DNA of 64,000 nt from Candidatus Hydrogenedentota bacterium (GCA_963668025.2 CAXXTH010000010.1:512001-576000), one strand, 5' to 3'; positions 1-10,797 are shown, counted from the first letter of the stretch. Notes: generated from the sequence alone by a model not told the origin. Made by a program: numbers and translations.

Positions 1-140
1 GTTTATTTCATATTTGTCGTTTGGATGGCGATAAATTGGATTCCAGCATATGGATTCTGATACACCTTTGCATGATCCATGGCTTGAATCTGTTCTGCTA
101 ATGGGGTATGGATAGCATAAAGCGCGCCAAATGGCCTGGA

Positions 141-587
141 ATGAATGATATGGAAAACACAACGATGGAAACGATGGATATATCCGAGGCGGCGCATCCG
201 GCTGCCGCCCTGTGCATTCGCGATTTTGAGAAAAAAGGGCGTGGAGTCGTTGCACTGCGCTCGTATGAGCCTGGCGAGACTATCGAAACCGCACCGGTTA
301 TTGTCATCCCGAGCGCCCAATGGCCCGCCCTTGAGGGCACCGTGCTGTATGATTACGGATTCGCATACGGGCCGGAACTGGAAGATATGGCCATCGTGCT
401 GGGATTCGGCTCGCTATATAATCACAGTTATGAACCCAATGCGAAGTATGTGCGCTACACGGAAGAGCGTTTGATCGAGTTCCTCGCCATCCGCCCCATC
501 CAGCCGGGGGAAGAGATCACGGTGAATTACAACTGCGACCCGAATGACCGTTCGCCGTTGTGGTTTCCCTGTGATGAGCCGGAATAA
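141..587 (+). CDS. SET domain-containing protein (lysine methyltransferase family)
   Basis: KGRGVVA, GSLYNHSYEPN and GEEITVNY are the SET motifs; start uncertain (108/141/150). Confidence 0.9.
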   Translation: MNDMENTTMETMDISEAAHPAAALCIRDFEKKGRGVVALRSYEPGETIETAPVIVIPSAQWPALEGTVLYDYGFAYGPELEDMAIVLGFGSLYNHSYEPNAKYVRYTEERLIEFLAIRPIQPGEEITVNYNCDPNDRSPLWFPCDEPE

Positions 588-632
588 GTGGCTGTAAAGC
601 AATCGCCTCTTGGCTATAAGGAACCGACTCTC

Positions 633-702
633 GTAGCATGGGCGTCCCGCCCATGAAACGGACGCTATAGCCATCGCTTCATGGGCGAGACGCCCATGCT
701 AC
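633..702. repeat. REP doublet (REPIN-like, GTAG-type)
   Basis: gtagcatgggcgtcccgcccatg, 24-nt spacer, catgggcgagacgcccatgctac: two inverted palindromic units between convergent genes; related 70-bp copy at 46220-46289. Confidence 0.75.
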
Positions 703-882
703 ACAAAACTTGAGCAGAATATCTGGCGAACGCGCTTCCCTGCGAAAGCAGGAGCGGATTATTGCACGTGATGGTGATAACCGGAGGCACGGAGTCGGTT
801 TCGGTATACGGCGCGTAAGAAACAATACGTGTCTCGCTGGTGGCAACCTGCACGGCGTACAGGGCAACAGGAGCAAAGCGAG

Positions 883-1893
883 CTATTTCGTTCGCACCAC
901 ACGGAAGCCCCGCTCTATGGTATAAAGGCTTGGTGGCCAACTGTCGCGATTTGCTGATCGGCATAAGTCGGGGCCACTGTACCATGAACCACCCCTCGCT
1001 ATCCGGAAATTCCCCTTGGCTGGTCCTTTCGGATCCTTCACTGGGCGAGGAGAATAGTTTTCATTTTGGTAAGGGTCTTCGCACCATTCCTGTACGTTTC
1101 CCTCCATATCGTACAACCCCCAAGGATTTGCATGAAAGCTTCCCACTGGCGCCATGCGCCAATAGCCGTCGGAAAACGGAAACCTTCCCTCAAGATCCCG
1201 AGTTTTCCCGTCTGGCCACGCCGTCAAATCCGAGCCGTTGATTTTGCCCTGGCCATCCTCGATCCTATCGCCCCACCAGAACTCCGTGGTCGTGCCTGCC
1301 CGGCACGCATATTCCCATTCCGCCTCCGTGGGCAATCGATAGGCGTTTCCCGTTTTCTTGCTCAACCACGCGCAAAAGGCTTTTGCATCGTTCCAACTCA
1401 CCTGCACTACTGGTTCATCGGCCTTTATTTCCCAGCCAAGCTTTCGCCAGTTTGCGCCAGCGGTCTTTTCGAATTTCAACGAGCTTGGATTGAATGTATA
1501 GGCATATCCACATTTTTCGGCAGTCGTCTGGTAGTTGGTTTCCTGTATAAACCGCTCGAATTCATGGTTCGTCACCTCTTTCACGCCCATCCAGAAACCG
1601 TTGGTCAAGGTCACCGTGTGCTGCGGGTGTTCATTTTCGAAAGAATCCTTTTCGCCACCATAAGCTGCTGCGGTCTCCTCCGGACTCAGCTTGGAGCCCA
1701 TTTGGAAGGTGCCAGGTGGAATCCACGCGAACTCGCTTCCGTCGAATTCACGCACCTCGCCCGGTTTCGGCTCCGTGGGCGCGTTCTCCCCAACATCAGG
1801 GGATGGAGCCGCCTGTTCTTGGACGGATGGAGCGGAAGCACCCAACAGAATCAACACGGCTACAAAGAGCATGCATCGTTGTTTCCCATGCAT
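883..1893 (-). CDS. Formylglycine-generating enzyme family (SUMF1/FGE-sulfatase domain) protein, secreted
   Basis: IPPGTFQMGS, PVVQVSWNDA, RLPTEAEWEYACRAG, NPWGLYDMEGNVQEW, RGGSW, GFRVV; N-terminal signal-like segment. Confidence 0.9.
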   Translation of the reverse strand: MHGKQRCMLFVAVLILLGASAPSVQEQAAPSPDVGENAPTEPKPGEVREFDGSEFAWIPPGTFQMGSKLSPEETAAAYGGEKDSFENEHPQHTVTLTNGFWMGVKEVTNHEFERFIQETNYQTTAEKCGYAYTFNPSSLKFEKTAGANWRKLGWEIKADEPVVQVSWNDAKAFCAWLSKKTGNAYRLPTEAEWEYACRAGTTTEFWWGDRIEDGQGKINGSDLTAWPDGKTRDLEGRFPFSDGYWRMAPVGSFHANPWGLYDMEGNVQEWCEDPYQNENYSPRPVKDPKGPAKGNFRIARGGSWYSGPDLCRSANRDSWPPSLYTIERGFRVVRTK

Positions 1894-2235
1894 ATGCACA
1901 TCCTCCTTCTGCATTAGTCAAGCATAACACCCCGAACGCGCCTCGCGCAAGCATTAATCCGGCTTCCGCAGCCAATACGCGCCGGGATTGCCAACCGGCG
2001 CTGAACTAGGCCCCCGTTTTTACCACAGGGAGCACGGGGAGGCGCGGGGAACGCAATAGCTCTCAAGAACGCATGCCTAAGAAGCATGGGTACACTATCA
2101 AAGAAAGGCCATTCGCGACGCGAAAGCCGTTGCAGGGGAAGCAGGCGCGCCTGTATGCTGAAATACGGTGCAACGCAACCGTGTTGTAGAACCAGACGTC
2201 TTTGAAACCGTACACAACCAGGGATAGGGGACAAT

Positions 2236-3144
2236 ATGGTTACACTCAAGCAATATCTTGCCTACTCGCGCGCTCCGTTTGTCACGTCGTCGGCGGTGCC
2301 GGTGGTCTTGGGCGGCGCGGCGGCGTGGTGTTTCAATCATACTTTTAACCTGCTTGCGTTCGCACTTACCATGGCGGGCATGGTCTTTGTCCACTTCGCC
2401 GTCAATCTGTTCAACGATTATTACGACAGCCTGCAAGGGGCCGATCAATTCAATGAAAACCGGAATTCATTGGGCGGCGGCTCAGGCGTCATCGTGCGAG
2501 GAGAAGCGCCCGCGCTCCTGATATGCAACTTGGGCATCTTCAGCCTCACCATGTCGCTGATATGCGGCGTTACGTTGATGTGCTGGATTGATGGCGGTAT
2601 CGGGCCGATTTTTTGGTTCATGATCGCCGGATTCATTGGCGGATTTTTTTATACGGCGCCGCCATTGAAATTCGCGTATCGCGGATGGGGTGAAGTGGAT
2701 ATCTTCATCGCCTTGTGCGTGCTTCCTGTCGCGGGAACCTACTATGTCCTCACCTCGACGCTTTCATGGACGCCGGTGATCGTTTCGCTGCCCATCAGCT
2801 TTCTGATGACGGACCTGCTGTGGATAAACCAGTTTCCGGATTATCCCTCAGACAAAGCCTCTGGCAAGGGCACGATGGTGGTCCGCATGGGCACATCCCG
2901 GGCGCGCTATGTGTATCCGGTTTTGGCGGTTTGCGCATATATTTGCGTGGCAATTCCGCCGCTCTTGATGGGATGGCCCAAGGCATATTTGCTGGGGCTC
3001 GTGGGTATTATCCCTTCGATATGCGCCATGCGCATCATCATGCGCCATCACAACGAACCTAAGCGCATTATCATGGGCCAGATCATGAGCATCACGGCTC
3101 ATGGGCTTACGGGAATCTTTTCCGCCATAGGACTGCTCTCGTAG
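2236..3144 (+). CDS. menA: UbiA-family prenyltransferase, MenA-like (1,4-dihydroxy-2-naphthoate prenyltransferase)
   Basis: NDYYD..GAD, FYTAPPLKFAYRGWGE, NQFPDYPSDKASGKGT; multiple TM helices. Confidence 0.75.
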   Translation: MVTLKQYLAYSRAPFVTSSAVPVVLGGAAAWCFNHTFNLLAFALTMAGMVFVHFAVNLFNDYYDSLQGADQFNENRNSLGGGSGVIVRGEAPALLICNLGIFSLTMSLICGVTLMCWIDGGIGPIFWFMIAGFIGGFFYTAPPLKFAYRGWGEVDIFIALCVLPVAGTYYVLTSTLSWTPVIVSLPISFLMTDLLWINQFPDYPSDKASGKGTMVVRMGTSRARYVYPVLAVCAYICVAIPPLLMGWPKAYLLGLVGIIPSICAMRIIMRHHNEPKRIIMGQIMSITAHGLTGIFSAIGLLS

Positions 3145-3178
3145 CGGCAGCCCCATGGCGGAAATGGCGCAGGAACGG

Positions 3179-5179
3179 TTATCGCTCCATGTCCGTCAGC
3201 AACACGAACGAGCGCGCGGGCAGAGCGACGGTTACTGTTTTGCCTGCTTGAGCGCGCAATACGCCGGAAGCGCCTATCATCATCCCTTCCGGCGTGGGTA
3301 CGGTCTGTTCCGAGTATTCATACCGCCGTAGCGTCCTGTCATGGGAAGCGCCTGCTTGCAGGTTCACTTGTATATCTTGCCCGCCCCGGTTGGCCATCAT
3401 CACCGTAAGCTCGCCTTGAGGCGACAGGAACGCCACCGCCGGAACGGATTCCGCTTGAGGCTGCACATCGACCGCAATCACCTTGCTATCTGGCTTCGTA
3501 TAGCGGTTCACCAAGGACCAGGAGAAGTATCCCGGACGTGGACGCCAGCCTTCATCCCGGAAACGCCATAGGCCATACAGTTGCTTAGGCTCGTCACCGT
3601 CTGGACGCTCCACCGGGTAATACGTGTCCATCAGGCACCACATCAACACGGCGGAAGCGCCTTCGCGCGCGGCGACAATCCCGAAATCCGCCAGGAACAG
3701 GCCGTATTCGTACTTGTGATTCTCTGTGTTTTCAAATGTCCCGCCGCCATATCCAAATTCCGCAATCATCAACGGCTTGGCGGGCTTGGACGGTTCGAGC
3801 TGCTTGAGGTAGTCCATACGGCTGCGCAGCCAATACGGCAGCAGGCGCGTATCTTGATGGGAATACGTATGCACCGTCATGACATCCATGACATCTTTGC
3901 CCAAGGGCATCGTTTCCTTGATATAGCGGCTAACGGAGGTGGCGCCGCCGCCGCTGGCGTGGGGGCCGAGGAGCTGCACATCCTCGCGCAGATTCCTCGC
4001 GCGCAGTTCTTTGTCCAGCATGCGCAGCATGCCCACGAATTCCTCGGGGTCCGTCCGGCGAATGTTGTCATTATCCGGCTCACAGCAAATGGATATATAT
4101 TTTAGGTTTGTAACGCCCACATCTTTTCGAAGATATTGCACCGCATCCGCCAAGCTCCGCATCACGGCGGGCTGCTTTTCCGCTGGCGGGAGCTTGGGCG
4201 CTAGGGAAGCGCTCGGCCCGCCTTCACGCGATGGGAATTTGGATAGATCCCAGCCCATCCAATCCGCGTACGCGAAATTGTCGCCCCAAGGCGTCAACAC
4301 CACGGTGGTTCCGATGCTCTGTAAAAACCTCAGCCAATACGCCAAATCCTTCATCTCGTCGGAGTCCGGCGTTTGTTTGCCTTCTTCCGGCTCCCACCAT
4401 TTGAAATTGAAGAACACGAGGATCACGCCAGGCCGCATGCTTTCGATGCGGCGGTTGATCATTTCCCGGTCGCGGTCATCCACACCCCGTTTTATATTGC
4501 GCGGCGTGGTGAGAAAATAATCGCCATGCGCTCCAAAACCGATGAAGTGCTCGTTGAGCACTTTATCCTCTTGGACCGAGAGGCTGAGTTCAGAGCCTTC
4601 GTATAGGGCATGCATTACATTGGTGCGGACCACTGAGACATCATCAAACCAAGCCGTTCCTTCGCCATAGAGGCCCATGACTACGAGCATCCGGTCGGCT
4701 TCTTTCGGCGCAATCGCCAGCGTGTTTAACTGCGTCCAGTCGCGGTCTCCGCCTCCGATGTCATCGCCGCTGATATCTGGTTCCAGGCGTTTATCGCCTT
4801 GAAAGAAAATCACCGTCATGTTTGGGCCCCAGTTGTTTTTTACGCCCTGGCCTTTCACCCAGACAGAGACACTATATTCCTCACCTGGCTTTACCTGCTC
4901 GAACATATAGTTGAAGCTGGGAAAACCTGCCGCGCCCTTGGGGCCAACAATAATCCGGGCGGAAGCGCTTCCGGTATGCCCCACCGATGCGTCGCGGGCA
5001 AATGTGGTGTCGTCGTTCGTGAAATGATTCCATTGATTGGGCATTTCGCCGCCTTCCTCCGCGGAAGGATTGGGAAAGAGATTCGTAGGCGGCGCATCTT
5101 CAGCGGCTGCCCAAAGGGGCATGCACGCGGTAAATATGAATGCCAGCGCGATGGTTAATCGTCTCATCTGATTCCACAT
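3179..5179 (-). CDS. Secreted clan GH-A glycoside hydrolase with N-terminal CBM4/9-like domain
   Basis: Signal peptide; NLFPNPSAE...WFDDV CBM-like module; CEPDND (acid/base) and IAEFG (nucleophile); paralog of 7685-9259; AGGAG RBS upstream of 5179. Confidence 0.7.
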   Translation of the reverse strand: MWNQMRRLTIALAFIFTACMPLWAAAEDAPPTNLFPNPSAEEGGEMPNQWNHFTNDDTTFARDASVGHTGSASARIIVGPKGAAGFPSFNYMFEQVKPGEEYSVSVWVKGQGVKNNWGPNMTVIFFQGDKRLEPDISGDDIGGGDRDWTQLNTLAIAPKEADRMLVVMGLYGEGTAWFDDVSVVRTNVMHALYEGSELSLSVQEDKVLNEHFIGFGAHGDYFLTTPRNIKRGVDDRDREMINRRIESMRPGVILVFFNFKWWEPEEGKQTPDSDEMKDLAYWLRFLQSIGTTVVLTPWGDNFAYADWMGWDLSKFPSREGGPSASLAPKLPPAEKQPAVMRSLADAVQYLRKDVGVTNLKYISICCEPDNDNIRRTDPEEFVGMLRMLDKELRARNLREDVQLLGPHASGGGATSVSRYIKETMPLGKDVMDVMTVHTYSHQDTRLLPYWLRSRMDYLKQLEPSKPAKPLMIAEFGYGGGTFENTENHKYEYGLFLADFGIVAAREGASAVLMWCLMDTYYPVERPDGDEPKQLYGLWRFRDEGWRPRPGYFSWSLVNRYTKPDSKVIAVDVQPQAESVPAVAFLSPQGELTVMMANRGGQDIQVNLQAGASHDRTLRRYEYSEQTVPTPEGMMIGASGVLRAQAGKTVTVALPARSFVLLTDMER

Positions 5180-5376
5180 CGGAATGCTCACTCCTATCGC
5201 TTGACTGTATCTGCACAGGGGGCTATCCCCAGATACTCCCCACTCGTACGCAAACCGCCTTGGCTGCCTGAACACGCTTCAGAACAGCCGCCATCCTTTA
5301 AAGTGGCAACAAGCTGCCACTTTGATTTCCTCTTTCGTATATTCCGCCGATATATCTTCGCTTTGGCTTACCAGCC

Positions 5377-7647
5377 TTATTTACAGTAAATGACACTTCC
5401 CGCTTCGGGGTCCAACGTTCCTTGAATGGAGGTGCTTGCGGTCTGTTTCCAAGCGGGACTATCCGGCCATAGAAGCTCTTCAGCCGTCGCCGTGCGCCCA
5501 AAGTCCAGCACGAATTCGGCAGGTGTTTGGCCTTCATTGAGGAGGATATACAACTCCCCGTCTTTACTCGTTAACCGGCGGCATATGATCGTGTTGGCCG
5601 GAGCGCCAAGCTTCCACGGATTGGCTTTGATGAACGGACGCACGATATCGGCCACGGCGCGATACCGCTCGGGCGGCGTATCCGCATCCCGGCAGGAAAG
5701 CCCCAGCAATGTGCCGGTCCAAATCGCATGGCCTTTTTGATAATCATTCACGGTGATGAGCGGACGCCCCTCGGAATCCCGGTGCGTGGTGCGGGCGGAT
5801 AGCGGCTCGACGGGCTGGAGGAATTTCACTGCGGCCAGCGGCGTAGCCGCGCCTGTTTCATCGAAAATAGGCTTGCTTTCATCGAGCTGGTTGTGCGAAG
5901 TGAACCGGTCAAAGTATTGCTCAGCTTGTTTGCTGGTGATGTCCGTCCATCCACCGTAGGCTATTTCCGGACTGAGCGCTTTCACGCCCAGCACTTCTTG
6001 AAGGCCGAGGCCAGGCTGCTCATCAAACGGCATATGCCACGGAGTGGTGAACGCCGTCATGCTGTCCACGAGTATCGTACCGCCTTGGGCGGCGTACTCG
6101 CGCAACGCCTTTGCGACATCTTCCGTCATGCACATGGAGAACGGCACATAAATAACGTCGTACTGGCTGGCTTGGCCGTTCAGCAAACCCAATTCATCAA
6201 TGAAATCGCATCCAAGCTGCTCTTTTCGCATGGCTTTGTAGAAGCCATATTGGTTCATGACATACCACATCGACATGGCGTGATAACTGGATGAACGCCG
6301 GTACAGATAAATCGAGGCGTCCATGGAATCGAAAATCGCCACCCGCGTATCCGCCGGGCGCATTTCATAGAGAAGCGCATTGTGTTTTGCCGCCATTTCG
6401 CCAAAATGGGAAAGCAGCCGCGATTTGTCACTGGGAGAGCCATCGAGTTGGCGGAAATTCCAAGCGCCAGCGTTGGGGCCTTCTTTGAGCGGATTCCATA
6501 TCCATATGAAATATCCTTTCGAGCCTTCGGCCAAGTGGCACAGCGCCATGCCCAGCAGATCCTTCGCGGTGGGCGATTGCAGCCGCGTGCTCTCGCCGAG
6601 GTCCAGCCCGCCCAACACTTCGCCGGTGTAGGAAGCATCGCGGCCGCGTGTGGAGCAGTAGATTTTTCGGACCGTGGCGCTGATGGCGATGCGGGTGTCC
6701 CTTGGCATATCCGCCGTTTCGAAATGCCAGTGGGCATGGGCTTGCGCGCTTGGGCAATCCACGGCGTCCGCCAGCCACCACATGTTCCGGCCATTCTCGA
6801 TAGGCTGGTTGTGGAGCACATCCGGCGGCGTGCAACTGGTGGGATGCGCCGGATCAAGCTCTTTCACGTAATCGGCGACAAAACGGACTTGTTCCGCCAG
6901 GGCATATGCGGTGAAGGTAATATAATCGTTCAATCCTTGGAAATTGTTCCATCCGCCCATGGATGGGTTATTGATGGGAAACGCATTGGCGAACGAGTTT
7001 TGCGTGGACGATAGCGCGCTCTCCGCACCCCAATTACGCTGAAGGAATTGCGCTTCGGACTCGTACCGGCTGGGCAGCCAGCTCCGGTAGAGCACCAGTG
7101 TTTCCGGGCAAGGCTCGGCTTTCCAACTGCGGGACGGCTCGATGTCCACCGTCCACATGCCCAGGGCGGGTTCGTCTTTATACCGGGAAACCAGTTTTTG
7201 GATATGTTCTTTATACGCTAGCCGGTTTTCCGGCTTATCCGCCTGTCCATCCAGCCATCCGGGAAGTTGCGGCAGCACGGGATTGAGTTTGACGCCATAC
7301 TGGGCGGCGGCTTTGAAGCACACATCAAATTTCTTCAGCTTAGGTTCCGGATCGATGCCCACGGGCATGGTCCAAAACGCCAGGCGCGCGCCGTTGATTT
7401 TGTCTTCCTGGGCCATTTTCCTGAAATCTTCCATAATGGATTCATCGGACACCCCCGGATTCACCCAATACTGGACGCCATGAATGAATCCCATGGATGG
7501 AGTTCGGTATTGACTGGCAGGTTTGGGATAATAGGCGGGGCGGCTCAATTCTTCCTGCCCGTTTACGATAAAAGACACGGAGAACAATAGCGCAACAGAC
7601 AAGCTTAGCGTCTTGGAAAGAATGCGCGTGGTGCGATATGGTTTCAT
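5377..7647 (-). CDS. GH42-like beta-galactosidase with trimerization domain, secreted
   Basis: LVSRYKDEPALGMWTVDIEP, ELDPAHP, GYFIWIWNP, ALREYAAQGG class-I GATase-like middle domain; signal peptide. Confidence 0.75.
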   Translation of the reverse strand: MKPYRTTRILSKTLSLSVALLFSVSFIVNGQEELSRPAYYPKPASQYRTPSMGFIHGVQYWVNPGVSDESIMEDFRKMAQEDKINGARLAFWTMPVGIDPEPKLKKFDVCFKAAAQYGVKLNPVLPQLPGWLDGQADKPENRLAYKEHIQKLVSRYKDEPALGMWTVDIEPSRSWKAEPCPETLVLYRSWLPSRYESEAQFLQRNWGAESALSSTQNSFANAFPINNPSMGGWNNFQGLNDYITFTAYALAEQVRFVADYVKELDPAHPTSCTPPDVLHNQPIENGRNMWWLADAVDCPSAQAHAHWHFETADMPRDTRIAISATVRKIYCSTRGRDASYTGEVLGGLDLGESTRLQSPTAKDLLGMALCHLAEGSKGYFIWIWNPLKEGPNAGAWNFRQLDGSPSDKSRLLSHFGEMAAKHNALLYEMRPADTRVAIFDSMDASIYLYRRSSSYHAMSMWYVMNQYGFYKAMRKEQLGCDFIDELGLLNGQASQYDVIYVPFSMCMTEDVAKALREYAAQGGTILVDSMTAFTTPWHMPFDEQPGLGLQEVLGVKALSPEIAYGGWTDITSKQAEQYFDRFTSHNQLDESKPIFDETGAATPLAAVKFLQPVEPLSARTTHRDSEGRPLITVNDYQKGHAIWTGTLLGLSCRDADTPPERYRAVADIVRPFIKANPWKLGAPANTIICRRLTSKDGELYILLNEGQTPAEFVLDFGRTATAEELLWPDSPAWKQTASTSIQGTLDPEAGSVIYCK

Positions 7648-7684
7648 ATGTCGTGACTCCTTTTTGGATAAAAAACAGACGTTA

Positions 7685-9259
7685 TCAGGTCATATCCGTC
7701 AGCAAGAAGAACGAGCGTCCAGGGAGTTCCAGCGTAGTGGTTTGCCCCGGATTGACTACGATGACTTCTCTCGCGCCAAGCATTTCATCCGTTCCCGTTG
7801 GAATCGTTTCTGGGGTGAATGGATAAAGCCGCAAGGCCACAGGATGCGTAAGCCCGGAAGTGAGATTGACGGCGAAAGGCTGTTCCGAACGATTCACCAT
7901 GGGAAGGGTGACGCGGCCTTCTGGTGTAACAAAGAGCACCGCCTTGATGGAGTCATTCGCTGGCTCAATGGCTACTTTGTATACATTGCTGCCCGGTTGC
8001 GTATACCGGGTGAGGAGCGACCAGGAATAGAAGCCTGGCCGAGGTTTCCAGCCTTCATCCAGCCAGCGCCACATGCCATATTCCTGTTTATGCTCGGTGT
8101 CACGGCTTTCCCGGTCATAATAGGTATCGAACATGCACCACGCCAGGGCGGCCGTTGCGCCAGCCTCCACCGCCGTGATGCCGAAATCGGGCAAATAGAG
8201 GCCATATTCATACTTGTGGTTTTCCAGGTTTTGGAAAGTCGAGCCGCCATACCCGAATTCCGTGATCATGAGCGGTCTCTGGATTTGCAGTTTATCCAGC
8301 ACCGCCTGCCTCGATTGGATGAATCCGGGCAGCTTGGGCAAATCCTCCGGCTTATGCACGTAGGTATGCGAGGACGTGGCGTCAAACAATTCCTTATCCA
8401 ACGAGATGGTCGCTTCAAACCAAGGATCCACGCTGTCCAGCGGGCCGCCGCTGTCATCAGGCCCCAAGAGCATGACGCCCTCACGCAAGCCTTGCGCCCG
8501 CAGTTCTGTATCCAGCAGGCGGGTAAGCCGCATGTATTCTTCCGCAGGCACGGGCCGCTGTGCGTCGTTATCCGGCTCGTTCATGAAACATAAATAGCGG
8601 ACGTTATCCAGCCCTTCGTCCACGCGCAGATATTTCACCAAGTCCACCAGCGAGCGGACCGTGGCGTCGCGTTTTTCCGGGATCGGCAGCTTGGGGGCCA
8701 TGGACCACGAGGATATCGAAACCTCTTTTTCCCCTCCCCCTTGAAAACGTTCCTCGAATCCTTTGGAAGGCAGCATCCATTCGCTATAAGCGAAATTCTC
8801 GCCCCATGGCGTCAACAGCACCGAAGCGCCGATACTCTGTAAGAACCGGCACCACTTGACGTAATCGCGCATTTCTTCGCTGTCGGGAGTTTGCTTGCCT
8901 TCTTCGGGCTCCCACCATTTGTAGTTGAAGAATGTGCGGATCAGTTTCGGGCGCATTTCTTCGACCCGCCGGAAAATGAGTTCGAGGTCGCGCTCGGCCA
9001 CGCCGCGTTCCGCATTACACGAACGGGTCAGGAAGAAATCGCCATGAAAACCAAAGCCAAGAAACGGGCTGCATGCGATGGCTTGCTCATCCATGTGCAT
9101 GGAAAGCGGATGGGCCGCGCCGTATTCCGCCGGCGCGGCCTGCATCACGACACATAAAAAAATGGCCAAGGCAAGCTGGCCGTATAATCGGAAATAGCAG
9201 GTCACCGTGGAAATGCCTAGATTCGCGTGTCTCGTAACCATCTCTATGAACACCTCCAT
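7685..9259 (-). CDS. Secreted clan GH-A glycoside hydrolase (paralog of 3179-5179, no CBM)
   Basis: MNEPDND and ITEFGYGG motifs; long shared blocks with the paralog (KWWEPEEGKQTPDS, ENHKYEYGL, PRPGxxSWSL). Confidence 0.7.
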   Translation of the reverse strand: MEVFIEMVTRHANLGISTVTCYFRLYGQLALAIFLCVVMQAAPAEYGAAHPLSMHMDEQAIACSPFLGFGFHGDFFLTRSCNAERGVAERDLELIFRRVEEMRPKLIRTFFNYKWWEPEEGKQTPDSEEMRDYVKWCRFLQSIGASVLLTPWGENFAYSEWMLPSKGFEERFQGGGEKEVSISSWSMAPKLPIPEKRDATVRSLVDLVKYLRVDEGLDNVRYLCFMNEPDNDAQRPVPAEEYMRLTRLLDTELRAQGLREGVMLLGPDDSGGPLDSVDPWFEATISLDKELFDATSSHTYVHKPEDLPKLPGFIQSRQAVLDKLQIQRPLMITEFGYGGSTFQNLENHKYEYGLYLPDFGITAVEAGATAALAWCMFDTYYDRESRDTEHKQEYGMWRWLDEGWKPRPGFYSWSLLTRYTQPGSNVYKVAIEPANDSIKAVLFVTPEGRVTLPMVNRSEQPFAVNLTSGLTHPVALRLYPFTPETIPTGTDEMLGAREVIVVNPGQTTTLELPGRSFFLLTDMT

Positions 9260-9300
9260 CTAAATCCGGTTATCGCATGCCTTGGCCGTTTTAACCTCTT

Positions 9301-10719
9301 TTAACAGCAGGATTGCGGTATGCAAACCTCCATGCCGAGATAGTATTCTAGCGCTTCACGAATTGGTTCGAGCACATAGCCCGGGGCCATGCTGACGTGA
9401 TGGCGGTAGCCGTTGCGGCAGACATACAGCAGCACATCCTGGAGGCGGTCGATCTTCGCTACGCCTGCGCATCCGAAGAATTCCGCTGGAATCGAGTCGT
9501 CCGTGATCTCACCTTGGCCGAAGTAGAACCGGGGATGCCCGTCCCAGGTCATCATGCTGCCGAACGTCATGGGCATGGGTTTGATGCGGCCTTGGTTGCA
9601 GCCATATGTGCAGCCCGCCTCGACGGAGTTCGAGATGATGGCGTGCGGGGTAATGGTTCCTTTGCCAGCCATGAGGCTCGGCGGCACGGGGCCGCAATGG
9701 AACAGAATGCACTTGTCATCGTCGTCGCCATAGTTGTTGTTCCAATCCAAGCAAGTCGGCGGCTGGTACGACGCCAAGCTGAGGGCGTGCATCGCTACGG
9801 CGTTGCCCACATCCACCTCACAAGCAGCGGTGATGAGGCGCTCATTGAGTTCGCCCAGCAGCATGCATGGCGACACATGGAAGATCTCCTCCATTTCGTT
9901 CCAGCACCGGAGTGCGATGGCGTCGAGCGCATAATTGTTAATGACGCGGTCGAGCGCAACCCCCAAACGCGCCAGTTTTTCCTTGGCTGGATTCGGCGTA
10001 TCACCCCAAGACGCACATTCATCGAGATGGGCCATTTTGTTTTTGTACTCGCTGCTGTCTTTATCCACATTGATCGCGCTATCAAATATCTGGCTCAAAT
10101 CGAAGGTTTCGACAGTGATGCCATGGCGCTGCAAGGCCACTTCATCCACGCGGACTGTTTTGAAGGCGGTCACCCGTGCGCCCACCGAGCCGATGCGCAT
10201 CTTGCGGACGCCGTTATACACCTTGCAGATGCGGTCGAAGGTATCGATATTCTGCTTGAACCGTTCGCTCGTAGGATGGACCGTGTGGGGCTTGAGTACG
10301 GTGGCTTTAATTCCCGCTTGGTAGAGCACATCCGTGATCGAGCACTTGCCGCAGAAGGAATCGCGGCGGACCGCAGGCCCCATTTTGTCGAATTCATCGG
10401 GATAGGCTTGCACCAAGATGGGCACGTCAATATCCGCAAAAGCCGCCAGTGCGCCATTCTCATCTCCGAAGTTCGGCAGGCTTATAATGACGCCGCCGAA
10501 TTTTCCCTTGTTGGCGTGCAAGAAGTCCGCGTAGATTTTTCCCTCTTTCGGCGTTTCGATAGCGCCCAAGCGGGTGGCTTCTTCATCGAGCACCAGCACG
10601 TCATGTCCCAGTTCTTTGAGAATGCGCGGCACTTCCTCACGGGCGCTCTTCATGAGGCTTCCCGGGAAAACGCCCCTGTTCCCAAAGAAGACCGCAAAGG
10701 TTGTTTTTTTCTGCTCCAT
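9301..10719 (-). CDS. L-fucose/L-arabinose isomerase-like protein
   Basis: NFGDE, RRDSFCGK, ACEVD, LDWNNNYG, LFHCGP, GYRHHV; GAGGAG RBS before 10719. Confidence 0.85.
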   Translation of the reverse strand: MEQKKTTFAVFFGNRGVFPGSLMKSAREEVPRILKELGHDVLVLDEEATRLGAIETPKEGKIYADFLHANKGKFGGVIISLPNFGDENGALAAFADIDVPILVQAYPDEFDKMGPAVRRDSFCGKCSITDVLYQAGIKATVLKPHTVHPTSERFKQNIDTFDRICKVYNGVRKMRIGSVGARVTAFKTVRVDEVALQRHGITVETFDLSQIFDSAINVDKDSSEYKNKMAHLDECASWGDTPNPAKEKLARLGVALDRVINNYALDAIALRCWNEMEEIFHVSPCMLLGELNERLITAACEVDVGNAVAMHALSLASYQPPTCLDWNNNYGDDDDKCILFHCGPVPPSLMAGKGTITPHAIISNSVEAGCTYGCNQGRIKPMPMTFGSMMTWDGHPRFYFGQGEITDDSIPAEFFGCAGVAKIDRLQDVLLYVCRNGYRHHVSMAPGYVLEPIREALEYYLGMEVCIPQSCC

Positions 10720-10797
10720 CTTTCTTATCTCCTCTTTTTGCAATTAGGCTGGATTGCCTTGTACGGCGTATTGTAACCTGCCGGACATGTGGAATAA

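Noticed and set aside
9397-10776. 459-aa plus-strand ORF
   Set aside because: Antisense shadow of the isomerase gene, common in GC-rich coding DNA.
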